The notes under the pieces: model-generated
The model's database searches: none
What the model was told of the DNA's origin: nothing
The model's input: only the letters and a program-made list of their open reading frames with translations
Shown: one piece after another, positions 27,589-38,507 of the stretch
Numbering within the stretch: position 1 is the stretch's first letter
Layout: every line of letters begins with the position of its first letter
Source: an uncultured virus (IMG/VR IMGVR_UViG_3300024999_000047)
Taxonomy: Duplodnaviria; Heunggongvirae; Uroviricota; Caudoviricetes
Length of the DNA stretch: 64,000 nucleotides
Reading direction: 5' to 3' (one strand)
IMG/VR virus record: IMGVR_UViG_3300024999_000047
Translations under genes and position numbers: made by a program

Positions 27589-30500
27589 ATGCCAAATAAC
27601 AACGATCTCTCTATCATGATCAAGACAATACTACAATCTACTAGTGTTACTAATCTAAAAACTGAAGTAGAAAATTTAGTTAAAAATTTGAGCAAATTAA
27701 ATATTGAGATAAAGATAGATGATAAAATAATTTCTACAATTAATAATATTTCAAAAGTAATGGAAAGTATGAATGTAGTAACACAACAAGCTAATAAATC
27801 TTCCACTCAATACACACAGATAACAAAGGAATTAGATGGAAGTGTAAAAAAATATTCTGAAACAATAAAAGCAAATGGTGAAATAATACAGAAAACTACG
27901 GAAATAATAGATAAAAATAAAATTGCAAAACAGCAAAATGCACAGGTATCGAATAGTATTAGCAAAGAAACAGAAGCAATTAAAAAATTAAATAATGAAT
28001 ATGGAAATTTAATTAGAACCATTAAATTAAAGAAAGCTAATGGAGATACATTAAGACAAGATCAAACATATTTAAATTCTCAAACTGGCATTAAAACTAC
28101 TGTCACTTCAAAACCAGGACAAGATAATGTATATAGATCAGACAATGACTATGGTGTTAAGAAAAATGCAGATGCATTAAAAGAACAGATGAAATTAGCA
28201 AGGGAATCTGCTAAGTTAGCGAAAGAATCTAATGATTATCATCAAAAATATTATAAAGTACAACAGAAAGCAGAAGCAGATGCTAAAAAAATAAAACAAA
28301 TAAATATAAATGAAGCAGTTAAGCAATTACAATTAGAACAAAAAGAAAGAATAAAAAATGAAAACGATTATATAAAATTATTAAGACAAACCGCAAAACA
28401 AAAACTCGATGCACATTTAACACAACAAAAAATACTGGCAAAAGAATCTAAAGATTTTTATAAAGAAGCAAATATAAGAGTTAAGCAATTAAAACAAGAA
28501 CAAAAAGATAAAGAAAAATTATTGCAAGATAGTATTAAATTATTAAGAAAAGAAAAAGAAGAAAAATTAAAAGGTTATGTTAATAGTAATAAAATACAAG
28601 GTAAAGATTTTGATGCAGAAAATAAGGAATTTTTGCGTGGAATAAGACTTCGTGAGAAATTAGAACAAGATGCACAAAAATTAAAACAAAAACAAATTCA
28701 AGATTCTGTAAAACAAATGCAACAAGAACAAAGTCAAAGAGAAAAGAATGAGCAAAATTACATTAAATCTCTAAGACAAACAGCAGAACAAAAATTAAAA
28801 GCACATCAAACAAGTATTAAATTAATAGATCAAGAAAACGCTGAATTTTTAAGAGGAATGAAATTAAGAGAACAAGAACAACAAAAATTTATTGCTAATC
28901 AAGAAAGAATAAATAAACAACTTAACACAAAATCACAAAATGCTTTAAATCTAGGTGTTAAGTTTAATAATTTATCTCCTGAACAATTTGCACCATTAGA
29001 AAAAGCATTATTAAGATATAAAACATTAATAAGCAATATGCAACAAAAAAATATATCTGGTCAAATAGTTTCTGATAAAGATATAGAAAGATTACAGAGA
29101 TTAGAAAATGCAATTAAAAGAGTATATGATCAAACTAGGATTGCTAGTAAAGATTCGCAAGGTTTTAATTTTCAACAGTATCCTAAAATGGAGAATGCTG
29201 TTCGTAATGTTACTCATGCACATGAATATTATAATAATAGTTTAATGCATGGGAAGAAATTATTAGAGGCCAATATACAAGAAACAGAAAAATACATAAA
29301 AGTAACACAAAGATTAAGAGAAGGTTCTAAAATAACAAGTGTAACTGCTTATGTCAATAAATTAACTGGTGAAACACATAAATTTAGTGAGTCTATAAGA
29401 GATTTAATGACAAGAACATGGGATTTAGGTTCTGCATTTAAGACGGCTTTTGAGAAGATAAGTCTTTGGGCGGGAGCTACGGGAATATTTTACTCAGTTG
29501 CCAATAGCATCCAGCAAATAGGAAGAGAAATTATAGATGTTGATACTAAATTAACAGAATTAAGTAAAGTTTTAGATAATAATACTAATTGGGTTAAATT
29601 GATGCGTGATACTGCTGAATCTGCTAATATGATGGCAAAATCTATAACACAAGCATTAGATGCCGAAATAGAATTCGCTAAACAAGGATATAACGCAGAA
29701 CAATCAGTAGCATTAGCACGTACTAGTATGCTTGGATCTAATGTAACCGGATTAGAAACTGGACAGATGGCATCGTATCTTACCGGAATTTTAGCACAGT
29801 TTAATGTTGAAGCTGAAAAAAGTTCGACAATTATCGACAAATTAAACGAAGTTGATAATAATTTTGCAATTACGAGTATAGGTCTAGCACAAAGTATAAA
29901 TAAGGCTGGAGAATCTGCACAACAATTTGGTGTAACACTCGACGAATTAATTGGTTTTACGACAAGTATCGGTACTGCCACGCGAGAATCTGGAAACCAA
30001 ATTGGAAATATGTTAAAATTTTCATTTGCTAGAATAAATACAGATAAAGCACAAGAAGCACTTGCTTCTATGGGTATAGCAGTTAAAGATATTACTGGTG
30101 AGTTATTGCCATTAGGTCAAATATATGGTGAAGTTGCTAATAAATGGGATTCTATGACTAGAGCAGAAAAAACATATATTGCAGAAAGTTTAGCAGGGAA
30201 ACATCATATAACGAGACTTATGGCATTATTCGACAATTTTCAAATATCTTTAGATGCTACTTCTACAGCACAAACATCATTAGGATCTGCAATTGAAGAA
30301 AATTATAAACATTTACATTCTTTAGAAAGTCAAATAAATCGCAACAAAGCAGCATTTCAAGAATTGGCTTATACAATGGGAGAATCAGGCGTAAAAAAAG
30401 CAATGAGTTCTGTTTTAAGTGTTGCTTCGCAATATATTAATGGGTTAACTGAAATGACTAAATTTAATGGTTTATTAGTAAATTCTATTATTATTTTAGG

Positions 30501-33500
30501 AAGTGTAATTTTACTTAAATTATTACCTGCAATAAAAACAGAGATTAAAGATTTTGCTATAAGAAATGGAATTGCAACAACTGCTATCCCAATAAATCAA
30601 AAATTAGCAATATCATATGCTACACTTAGTACAACTATAAAAACTGCTACTGTAAGTTTATTAGCTTTTTCTAAAGCAATGCTAAAAAATCCTTTAACAT
30701 GGGTATTATTTGCTTTAACAGCTATTCCTATGGTGTTAGGGCATTTTAAACAAGTAAGAGAAGAGCAAGAACAGCTAAATAAAACTTATGAAGAAACAAA
30801 ACAAAAATTAGATGATATTATTGAAAGATCGAATAAAGTAGGTAGTCCAGAGTTACAAGATGTTAATGATATTGATGCTACAATTAAAAAATTAGGTGAA
30901 TTAAAAGGTAAGATTGAAGAAATAGACCAAGAACATAAATCTGGGACTTTTGGATTTCAATCAACATCTGTAAAATATTTATCTAAAGAATTAAAAGATT
31001 TAGCAGTACAAATGGGAATAAATATTACACAATATCATACAGTAAATGAAGTATTAGAAGCAATAAATGAAAAGCAAAATATATTATCAGAAACTTTAGG
31101 TATCGCAAAAGATAATTCCACAGAATATCAAAAAACATTAATAGATCAAGCTAATAATCAAACAAAAGTTGCTGATAATAATGTTAAATTAATTGATACT
31201 TATACAGAATTAAGTAATAAAAGTAATTTAACAGCAGAAGAGCAGAGAAAATTAAATGATATAACTGCAATATTAACTCAAAGTTATCCACATTTAATAG
31301 ATGTAAAAGGCGATACAATAACTATATCTAATAAAGTTATTGAAGCAATGAAGAAAGAAGCAAAAGAACAAAAAGAATTAGCAGATGAAAATGAGAGTGC
31401 CACAAAACAACAATTAATAAATAATAAAATAAAATTACAAGATCAAGTTAAAACAAGTTTAGGAGTAATAAAATCTCTTGGTGGAGAAATTGCAATATTA
31501 TATTCATTAAACAATGCAAAAATAGATCAAAAATGGTTATCTGAAGCACAAACACAAAATACTTTAGATAGATCACAAGGAAAAGATACACCATATTCCA
31601 GTGATTTAGATATATTGTTAGCAGGAATAAGAAGTCCTAATTCTACTAAAATAAATGCATTAAATAAAAAATATAAAGAAGAAGATAAAAAATTAAAAGA
31701 ATTATATGATAGTATAGCAAGTATTGATGACAGTTTAAATAGTTCTTTGCCAGATTTAACACAATCTACAAGTGATAATACTAAAGAAAATGAAAAGAAC
31801 AAAGAAGCATTAGATGATCTCACAGACGCAACAAAAACATACAAAAACTCAGTAGATTCTCTTAATAACACTCTCAATAGACTTCGCAATGATAGAGAAA
31901 AAATGATTATAGGCTCAAAAGAATATCTTAAATCATTAGAAGAAGAAAATGAAAAAATAAGAGAAAGAGAAAAATTATTAAAAAATCAAATTGGTAGTCA
32001 ACCTACTTATACAACATCTGGTGTATCATCTAATTCATCTAATTCATATAAATCTACTTCTGATTATCAAAACTATTTAACAGGGAAAACTAATGTTAAT
32101 CCTATGATACTTGAAAGATTAGGTGCATTAGCAAAAGATTATAATACTAAAATTAATATAACTTCTGGTTATCGTTCATTAGCTGAACAACAAGCAATAT
32201 GGACTAGTCGTGGTGGGTCAAATGGTGGTTATATAGCACATCCTGGTAGTAGTCCTCATCATACAGGTCAAGCAGTAGATATTTCAGGTGCAATAAAAGA
32301 TTTAATAGCAAATGGTAAAATTACTAATGAAATTTTATCTAAATATGGTTTAGTTAGAAGATTAACTGGAAAAGTAAATGAACCTTGGCATATTGAAACT
32401 TCTGAATATCAAGATATTGTTTCTGGCAAAATGACAAGGGAACAATTTTATAAGATGTATGGTGGAGGAAATAATTTTGATACTTCACAATGGGGTAAAT
32501 ATAATACTACCACTCCTACAACAGTAAATATTAATGGTGTATCATCAGATGTTAAATTTGCAGACTTAATAAATAAAGCAGTAATAAATAATATTGATGC
32601 TGAAAAATTAGGAATAACTCCCGCTTTAATTGCTGGAATGATAAATATTGAATCTGGTTTTAATCCAAAAGCAAAAAATGCAAGTTCTGGTGCTAGTGGT
32701 CTTATGCAATTTTTACCTTCAACATGGAGAGAAGAAGGTAAAGGTGGAGATGTATTTGATCCAGAAACAAATATTAATGCTGGTGTGGCATATTTAATTA
32801 AACGTGTAAAACAAGCAGGTAATTTAAAAGAAGGTATTAAAGGATATGGTGAAGGAACAGAAGAGTATTATAATAAAGTTATAAACAGTTATAAAAATTA
32901 TGGTCTATCTCCTGTAACAGTATCTACCTCTTCATCAACTGATGTACAAAACGCACAAGATGCTCTAACAAATGATATGATTGCAGAGCAACAAAAATTA
33001 GCAGAAGATAGAGAAAAAAATTCTCTCCAATGGTGGGAAGCACATTGGATTAAATATGATGCTGATATGCAAGATATACAAGATAAACGTAATTTTATAA
33101 AAGAAAAATCAAATACTTTAAGTCCAGTATCACAAGAATATCGTGATAATTTAGATTTAGAAACTGATTCATTAAAAGAAGAACAAGATAAACTACATGA
33201 AGCAGCAGAATTGGCAAGGTTGGCAATGAATTCTCCTGTTTATAAAGATAATCAAAGAGCATTAAAAGAATTACAAGATAGAGTTGAAAAATATTCTACA
33301 GCTTGGTGGAATTTGCAAAAAGAAATTAATGATACTAATTTTGAAAAAATTAATTCTCAATTAACAGAATTCGATAATACTATATCTGATTTAAATAATA
33401 ATACTTCTAACCTAGAAAAAGAATTATCAATGTTAGAAAATGGTACTACTGAATATAATGATAAATTTAAAGAAGTTGTTATATCTCATAAACAAGAACA

Positions 33501-35001
33501 AATAATATTACAAAATAAACGCACTTATCTTGAAGCACAATTAATGCTTGTAGAAAAAGGGACTGTTGCTTATGAGGAATTAAAGCAAAAACTTCAAGAA
33601 GTAACTTCTGCTGAATTAGACCTTAATAAAGCACTATACGACAAAAAAATGTCTTTAGCAGATGATATTATATCAATTTATAAAGATATGTATGAGAAAC
33701 AAAAAGATTATGCTTTAGATGCTATTGATAAACAAATGGATGCAGAAGATAAAAGACATGATCAAGCAACTAAAAATATTGAATCAGAAATGAAGCAATA
33801 TGAAGATTTTATTAATGAAAAATTAGACTTATTAAATGACCAAGAAAATCAAGAAGATTATACTCAAAATTTAAATAAACTACAAAAAGAAGAATCTGAC
33901 ATCCAAAAACAAATAAATAAATTATCATTAGATGATTCATATGAAGCAAATGCTAAAAGATTTGATTTACAAAAAGAATTAACAGCAAAACAAGAGGAAA
34001 TTGAAAAATTACAAACAGATCGTTCCAGAGAATTAAGAAAAGATAATCTTAATGATCAATTAGATGCTTATAAGAAAGATAATGAAGCAAAAAAAGATGC
34101 AGAAGATGATAAGTATGATACTGTAAAAGATAGTTTGGATGACCAAAAGGATATTACTGAAAAATATTATGACAATCTAATTAATGATGAACAGAAGTTT
34201 TCAAAAATTAGAGAAGATATTATTAAAGGTAATTTTACTAATATTCAGAATGAATTAACTAAATTTCAATCTACTGCAGGTTCTAAGTTTAAATCTTTAG
34301 GAGATAATATTCAAACTAATTTTATAAATCAAGTTAGTAATGCTTTATCAATGATAAAAAGTTTTAACGATGCAAATGGTGTTAGTATAGGTGATTCTAG
34401 TAGTAGTGGAAATGGTAGCAATGATTCTGGTAGTGATAATTCAACTGTACATAGTCAGTATTATCCTTGGAAATCTCAAATTAACGAAATAGTTTATTTG
34501 AAAGGTGAATGGGAAAAAGGTAGTGAATCTGGAGATCAAACAAAAATGGCATGGGCAGCAAAAGCAGCAGAAGGTTATTATAATCAAATAGATGATGATA
34601 ATACAAAAAATTTATTACATTCAATGGATTATGATACTGCATATGATTGGTATAAAACACAAGTATATCATGAAGGAGGTTTTATTTCAAATAGCAAACC
34701 TTCTAAAATAATGGATATAGTAAATAAATTATTTAATACTAAATCTAACGAAAGTGTTGTTAAAATGCTTAAAGGAGAACTTGCTATTCCAGAAAATAAT
34801 GTGATGAAAAATTTTATGCCTAATATGCAGAATTTTATATCTAGTATTACTCCTAGTTTTAATTTACAACCACAAGTTGCTGGTGCAGGGAATGTTAATT
34901 ATAATTTAACATTGAATATAGATAATTTAAATGGAACAAGAAAAGATGCTAATATGGTATTTACTGAAATTGTTAGTGGTTTGAAAAGAATGGGTAAATA
35001 G
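27589..35001 (+). CDS. Tape measure protein with M15-type peptidase and lytic transglycosylase domains
   Basis: Central TMP core and coiled coils; TSGYRS...HPGSSPHHTGQAVDI...EPWHIE (M15); IESGFNPKA...GASGLMQF (SLT). Confidence 0.92.
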   Translation: MPNNNDLSIMIKTILQSTSVTNLKTEVENLVKNLSKLNIEIKIDDKIISTINNISKVMESMNVVTQQANKSSTQYTQITKELDGSVKKYSETIKANGEIIQKTTEIIDKNKIAKQQNAQVSNSISKETEAIKKLNNEYGNLIRTIKLKKANGDTLRQDQTYLNSQTGIKTTVTSKPGQDNVYRSDNDYGVKKNADALKEQMKLARESAKLAKESNDYHQKYYKVQQKAEADAKKIKQININEAVKQLQLEQKERIKNENDYIKLLRQTAKQKLDAHLTQQKILAKESKDFYKEANIRVKQLKQEQKDKEKLLQDSIKLLRKEKEEKLKGYVNSNKIQGKDFDAENKEFLRGIRLREKLEQDAQKLKQKQIQDSVKQMQQEQSQREKNEQNYIKSLRQTAEQKLKAHQTSIKLIDQENAEFLRGMKLREQEQQKFIANQERINKQLNTKSQNALNLGVKFNNLSPEQFAPLEKALLRYKTLISNMQQKNISGQIVSDKDIERLQRLENAIKRVYDQTRIASKDSQGFNFQQYPKMENAVRNVTHAHEYYNNSLMHGKKLLEANIQETEKYIKVTQRLREGSKITSVTAYVNKLTGETHKFSESIRDLMTRTWDLGSAFKTAFEKISLWAGATGIFYSVANSIQQIGREIIDVDTKLTELSKVLDNNTNWVKLMRDTAESANMMAKSITQALDAEIEFAKQGYNAEQSVALARTSMLGSNVTGLETGQMASYLTGILAQFNVEAEKSSTIIDKLNEVDNNFAITSIGLAQSINKAGESAQQFGVTLDELIGFTTSIGTATRESGNQIGNMLKFSFARINTDKAQEALASMGIAVKDITGELLPLGQIYGEVANKWDSMTRAEKTYIAESLAGKHHITRLMALFDNFQISLDATSTAQTSLGSAIEENYKHLHSLESQINRNKAAFQELAYTMGESGVKKAMSSVLSVASQYINGLTEMTKFNGLLVNSIIILGSVILLKLLPAIKTEIKDFAIRNGIATTAIPINQKLAISYATLSTTIKTATVSLLAFSKAMLKNPLTWVLFALTAIPMVLGHFKQVREEQEQLNKTYEETKQKLDDIIERSNKVGSPELQDVNDIDATIKKLGELKGKIEEIDQEHKSGTFGFQSTSVKYLSKELKDLAVQMGINITQYHTVNEVLEAINEKQNILSETLGIAKDNSTEYQKTLIDQANNQTKVADNNVKLIDTYTELSNKSNLTAEEQRKLNDITAILTQSYPHLIDVKGDTITISNKVIEAMKKEAKEQKELADENESATKQQLINNKIKLQDQVKTSLGVIKSLGGEIAILYSLNNAKIDQKWLSEAQTQNTLDRSQGKDTPYSSDLDILLAGIRSPNSTKINALNKKYKEEDKKLKELYDSIASIDDSLNSSLPDLTQSTSDNTKENEKNKEALDDLTDATKTYKNSVDSLNNTLNRLRNDREKMIIGSKEYLKSLEEENEKIREREKLLKNQIGSQPTYTTSGVSSNSSNSYKSTSDYQNYLTGKTNVNPMILERLGALAKDYNTKINITSGYRSLAEQQAIWTSRGGSNGGYIAHPGSSPHHTGQAVDISGAIKDLIANGKITNEILSKYGLVRRLTGKVNEPWHIETSEYQDIVSGKMTREQFYKMYGGGNNFDTSQWGKYNTTTPTTVNINGVSSDVKFADLINKAVINNIDAEKLGITPALIAGMINIESGFNPKAKNASSGASGLMQFLPSTWREEGKGGDVFDPETNINAGVAYLIKRVKQAGNLKEGIKGYGEGTEEYYNKVINSYKNYGLSPVTVSTSSSTDVQNAQDALTNDMIAEQQKLAEDREKNSLQWWEAHWIKYDADMQDIQDKRNFIKEKSNTLSPVSQEYRDNLDLETDSLKEEQDKLHEAAELARLAMNSPVYKDNQRALKELQDRVEKYSTAWWNLQKEINDTNFEKINSQLTEFDNTISDLNNNTSNLEKELSMLENGTTEYNDKFKEVVISHKQEQIILQNKRTYLEAQLMLVEKGTVAYEELKQKLQEVTSAELDLNKALYDKKMSLADDIISIYKDMYEKQKDYALDAIDKQMDAEDKRHDQATKNIESEMKQYEDFINEKLDLLNDQENQEDYTQNLNKLQKEESDIQKQINKLSLDDSYEANAKRFDLQKELTAKQEEIEKLQTDRSRELRKDNLNDQLDAYKKDNEAKKDAEDDKYDTVKDSLDDQKDITEKYYDNLINDEQKFSKIREDIIKGNFTNIQNELTKFQSTAGSKFKSLGDNIQTNFINQVSNALSMIKSFNDANGVSIGDSSSSGNGSNDSGSDNSTVHSQYYPWKSQINEIVYLKGEWEKGSESGDQTKMAWAAKAAEGYYNQIDDDNTKNLLHSMDYDTAYDWYKTQVYHEGGFISNSKPSKIMDIVNKLFNTKSNESVVKMLKGELAIPENNVMKNFMPNMQNFISSITPSFNLQPQVAGAGNVNYNLTLNIDNLNGTRKDANMVFTEIVSGLKRMGK

Positions 35002-35044
35002 TTTTGTAGATTTAAATATATAAATTAATTAAATAATAATTTAT

Positions 35045-35075
35045 ATAGGGAGAGTAATCGTACTACTCTCCCTAT
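35045..35075. terminator. Bidirectional terminator hairpin
   Basis: ATAGGGAGAGTA...TACTCTCCCTAT between convergent genes. Confidence 0.65.
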
Positions 35076-35108
35076 TATGTGCTTACTTACAAATATGTAT
35101 ATATGTAA

Positions 35109-35198
35109 CTAAACTAAAGGATGTATCCATCCCCAAATACTAGAGATTGCTCCCAAGACATATAGTGTCGTTAACAGCACATCTGCAAGTTTTTTCAT
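35109..35198 (-). CDS. 29-aa hydrophobic peptide, candidate type I toxin; not in ORF track
   Basis: RBS AAGGGGGTGA; MKKLADVLLTTLYVLGAISSIWGWIHPLV; upstream TTTACA...TGATAAT promoter on the minus strand. Confidence 0.6.
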   Translation of the reverse strand: MKKLADVLLTTLYVLGAISSIWGWIHPLV

Positions 35199-35324
35199 AA
35201 TATCACCCCCTTAATTGAAGAATCAACGGAGAGCTTGATTCTAGCAACTACTAGGCGATATTAACCACGTAAGTTAATATTATCATGTTTTATTTATTTT
35301 GTAAACAAAAAAGGAGGAATTATT

Positions 35325-35534
35325 ATGCCAAAACCAGGAAGTATGTTTAGTGTAGGAATCAATGCTTTTCTTAGTTTAGTATGGTTAACATCTATTTTAA
35401 TTTCTATTTTTAAAGGTGGTTTTTCTTCAGTATTTTGGGCAGCATGGATTAGTTTTATTTGTTTTTTTGGTGCAACTATTATTAATTTTAGTATGTTTAG
35501 AAATAATAATAAAGTTTACTATATTAAAGGTTGA
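35325..35534 (+). CDS. Small two-TM membrane protein
   Basis: AAGGAGG RBS; two hydrophobic segments. Confidence 0.65.
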   Translation: MPKPGSMFSVGINAFLSLVWLTSILISIFKGGFSSVFWAAWISFICFFGATIINFSMFRNNNKVYYIKG

Positions 35535-35737
35535 GGTTAAGAGAGTTGTGTAACTCTCTTACTTTACTTTACTTATATTTATAAGATTTATTAAATATTT
35601 TTTAGTATTAGAATATAAAAATAAATATTATTGACTTTATGAAACAGTTATGTTAATATAATTATAGATTCATTCCTATACTTTTGTAAATTACATATAC
35701 ATGGTGTATAATATATTGTGGATAAGGAGTGAATTAA

Positions 35738-35941
35738 ATGAGCGTGAAAAATAGATTGAAAGAGATATTGGATGAGCGTGGAACAAAAAATGTATGGTTA
35801 GCAGATAAAGCAAAAATTAATAATTCTACTGTTGGTAATATAATTAAAAATAGACATAATCCAAATGTTGAAGTAGCAATAAGAATTGCCAAAGCCTTAG
35901 ATATGAAAGTAGAAGATATATGGGAAGTAGACGATTTATAA
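35738..35941 (+). CDS. XRE-family HTH regulator
   Basis: KNRLKEILDERG...WLADKAKIN...NPNVEVAIRIAKAL. Confidence 0.88.
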   Translation: MSVKNRLKEILDERGTKNVWLADKAKINNSTVGNIIKNRHNPNVEVAIRIAKALDMKVEDIWEVDDL

Positions 35942-35979
35942 ATATCTTCATTATTTTAATTAATATTGTTAAAAAAGTG

Positions 35980-36008
35980 TTGACTTTTATAATAAAAACC
36001 TCTATAAT
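35980..36008 (+). promoter_or_regulatory. SigA-type promoter
   Basis: TTGACT-17-TATAAT. Confidence 0.7.
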
Positions 36009-36070
36009 ATATTTATAAGGTAGTTGAAGTTAGTCGCCCTTATAAATTATATTAAATGGAGGTTTTATTA

Positions 36071-36388
36071 ATGTATAAACAAATTACTAATAACGAATTT
36101 GAAGAAATTATGGATCAATCAATTAACAAATCTATTTGGTTGGATGCAGTAAGTGATACAGTATCAATCCCTATCCAATATCCAAATTTTGAATTCTTAG
36201 TATTTAATTCTGGTAAATATCAATTTGGACATGCAGAATACGATGAAGAAAATAATTATCAGAATTTAATAATTGATATAGATTGTGTTGCTGAAATATA
36301 TAGAAATGAATATTCTATGTTTTTTGGAGAACAGATAATCTTGACATTAATTGATGGAATACAATTGATTTTAGAATTTGGTTGTTAG
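36071..36388 (+). CDS. Hypothetical protein
   Basis: GGAGG RBS then ATG at 36071. Confidence 0.6.
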   Translation: MYKQITNNEFEEIMDQSINKSIWLDAVSDTVSIPIQYPNFEFLVFNSGKYQFGHAEYDEENNYQNLIIDIDCVAEIYRNEYSMFFGEQIILTLIDGIQLILEFGC

Positions 36389-36401
36389 GGAGGGTATTAA
36401 A

Positions 36402-36605
36402 ATGTTAATTAGAAAACCGATTATTTGTGCTGAAGGTTCAGAAAGTTTAACGCTGTTTACTTATAAGCATAAATTTGTTGGATATGCATGGAATGTGCCG
36501 ATTTTATTCTATACTGATCTTAGTTATAAACAATTCTGTAAATTTTTAGACGTTGGATTTAATAGTCAACAGATTGAAAAGTTTGAGATGACTGGTAGGT
36601 TTTGA
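36402..36605 (+). CDS. Hypothetical protein
   Basis: GGGAGG RBS then ATG at 36402. Confidence 0.5.
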   Translation: MLIRKPIICAEGSESLTLFTYKHKFVGYAWNVPILFYTDLSYKQFCKFLDVGFNSQQIEKFEMTGRF

Positions 36606-36626
36606 TCTTTTTATGTCTAATTTTTC

Positions 36627-36655
36627 TTGACACATTTATTTTTATATTGTATAAT
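36627..36655 (+). promoter_or_regulatory. Consensus SigA promoter for the antirepressor
   Basis: TTGACA-17-TATAAT. Confidence 0.75.
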
Positions 36656-36826
36656 AGTATGCAAATAGGTAACTTGTACTATTATATTGTTAATTTAAAG
36701 GTGGTGTTAATATGAGAATTAGAGATAGTCTTTTAATTATGGTTTATAATTAGTTAATAAATTTTATAAAAAATAATAAATTTAAAATTAAAGGAATATA
36801 AAATAAAAGGAGAATGTGATAATCAT

Positions 36827-37633
36827 ATGGAAAATAATTTAATGATTTTTAACAATGAAGAGTTTGGGCAAGTAAGATGTATAAAAATTGATGATAAACC
36901 ATATGCAGTAGCAAATGATGTTGCTAAAGCATTAGGTTATTCAAGACCACATGATGCGGTCACAGCACACTGTGATGGGGCGGTAACTTACCGTGTCACC
37001 GATAAATTAGGTAGATTACAGGATACTAAAGTTATTCCTGAAAGTGATATTTATAGTTTGATTTTTGAAGCTGCAAAACAATCTAAGAATCCTGATATAA
37101 AAATTAAAGCAGCAAGATTTAAGAAATGGGTTTTTGACGAAGTTCTTCCTAGCATTCGTAAGCATGGTGCATACATAAGCCCAGAGACTTTAGAAAAAAT
37201 GATTATGTCACCAGATTTTGGTATTAGATTGCTTACAGAATTAAAAGAAGAAAAAGATAAAAGAATCGAAGCAGAAAATAAATTAATAGAACAGCAACCA
37301 AAAATAGATTTATATGATGCTGTAATGGATGATAATGGTTTATTAAATTTTATTCAAGTTGCTGGTATATTCGGTGAATGTGGGCGCAATACATTGATGA
37401 AGGAATTGCGAGAATCAAAGATCTTAATGGATGGTGAATTCACAAGAAACGTCCCTTACTCTCAATATTTAGGAGAAAATGGATTTTTCGAGGTTGTAGT
37501 TAGACCAAGGAAAACAAAGGAAGGTATGCTGAATATAGCAACGACTTTGTGCAAAACTAAATCGTTGCCTTTAATAAAGAAAGTTTTAGATAAAAAGAGA
37601 GAAAAAGAAAATCAATTTGAGCAAGCTAATTAA
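36827..37633 (+). CDS. BRO-N/KilA-C phage antirepressor
   Basis: FNNEEFGQVR...DVAKALGY...FKKWVFDEVLPSIRKHGAY...QQPKIDLYD. Confidence 0.9.
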   Translation: MENNLMIFNNEEFGQVRCIKIDDKPYAVANDVAKALGYSRPHDAVTAHCDGAVTYRVTDKLGRLQDTKVIPESDIYSLIFEAAKQSKNPDIKIKAARFKKWVFDEVLPSIRKHGAYISPETLEKMIMSPDFGIRLLTELKEEKDKRIEAENKLIEQQPKIDLYDAVMDDNGLLNFIQVAGIFGECGRNTLMKELRESKILMDGEFTRNVPYSQYLGENGFFEVVVRPRKTKEGMLNIATTLCKTKSLPLIKKVLDKKREKENQFEQAN

Positions 37634-37709
37634 TCAATAATATAATAGTATTATTTTAAGATCTCTTAAATGAGGTCTTTTTATTTTGCAGAAAGTGAGG
37701 TGATGTGAT

Positions 37710-38483
37710 TTGACAATTAGAGATAGTTTGTATTTTATTTATGATAATAAAACAAGTGAAGAGATGAATTTATATAATGTTAATTTAGATAGTGGTATGT
37801 TAGAAGAGTCTTTACAAGGCAATAGAACAATACTTGAAACTCAAGTTCGTGGTAATCCATCTACTTATTTTAAAGAAATACAATATGAACCTTTGACTAT
37901 TTCGGTAAATTTTTGCTTTAAAGATACTTTTGATAATGATAAACTTGCACAAATATTATATTGGTTAACACCATCATATTATAAACCATTACAATTTAGT
38001 GAGAATCTAAGTAAAATATTTTATTGTTTGCCTATTGATAATCCTACTCTCATGCATACTGGACTAAAACAAGGATATATTCAATTAAATTTTAGATGCA
38101 AATATCCCTGGGCATTATCACCAATATATGAACAAATATATGATTGTACATCTAATAATGAAACTAATATTATATTTACTAATAATGGATATATGAATGT
38201 TTTCCCTCAATTGTATATTGAAATAGATTCAACTAATACGTTAGGCAATGTATCAATTTTTAATCTTTCTAATGCTAATAAAGAATTTGCATTTACTAGT
38301 TTATTACCAGAAGAAATAGTTTTTATAGATAATAAAACTGGAACAATTACAACAGATCAATCTAATTTATATAGATATGATAATTTTAACAATGTATTTT
38401 TAGAGTTATCCAGGGGAGTAAATTATTTAAAAGTAGTAGGAAAGTGTAAAATAAAATTCAAATATCAATGTGTTGTATTTTAA
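37710..38483 (+). CDS. Distal tail protein (Dit)
   Basis: Size, position after the tape measure gene, FRCKYPW and LSRGVN motifs. Confidence 0.8.
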   Translation: MTIRDSLYFIYDNKTSEEMNLYNVNLDSGMLEESLQGNRTILETQVRGNPSTYFKEIQYEPLTISVNFCFKDTFDNDKLAQILYWLTPSYYKPLQFSENLSKIFYCLPIDNPTLMHTGLKQGYIQLNFRCKYPWALSPIYEQIYDCTSNNETNIIFTNNGYMNVFPQLYIEIDSTNTLGNVSIFNLSNANKEFAFTSLLPEEIVFIDNKTGTITTDQSNLYRYDNFNNVFLELSRGVNYLKVVGKCKIKFKYQCVVF

Positions 38484-38507
38484 TTTAAGAAAGAGGTGGA
38501 AATAAGA

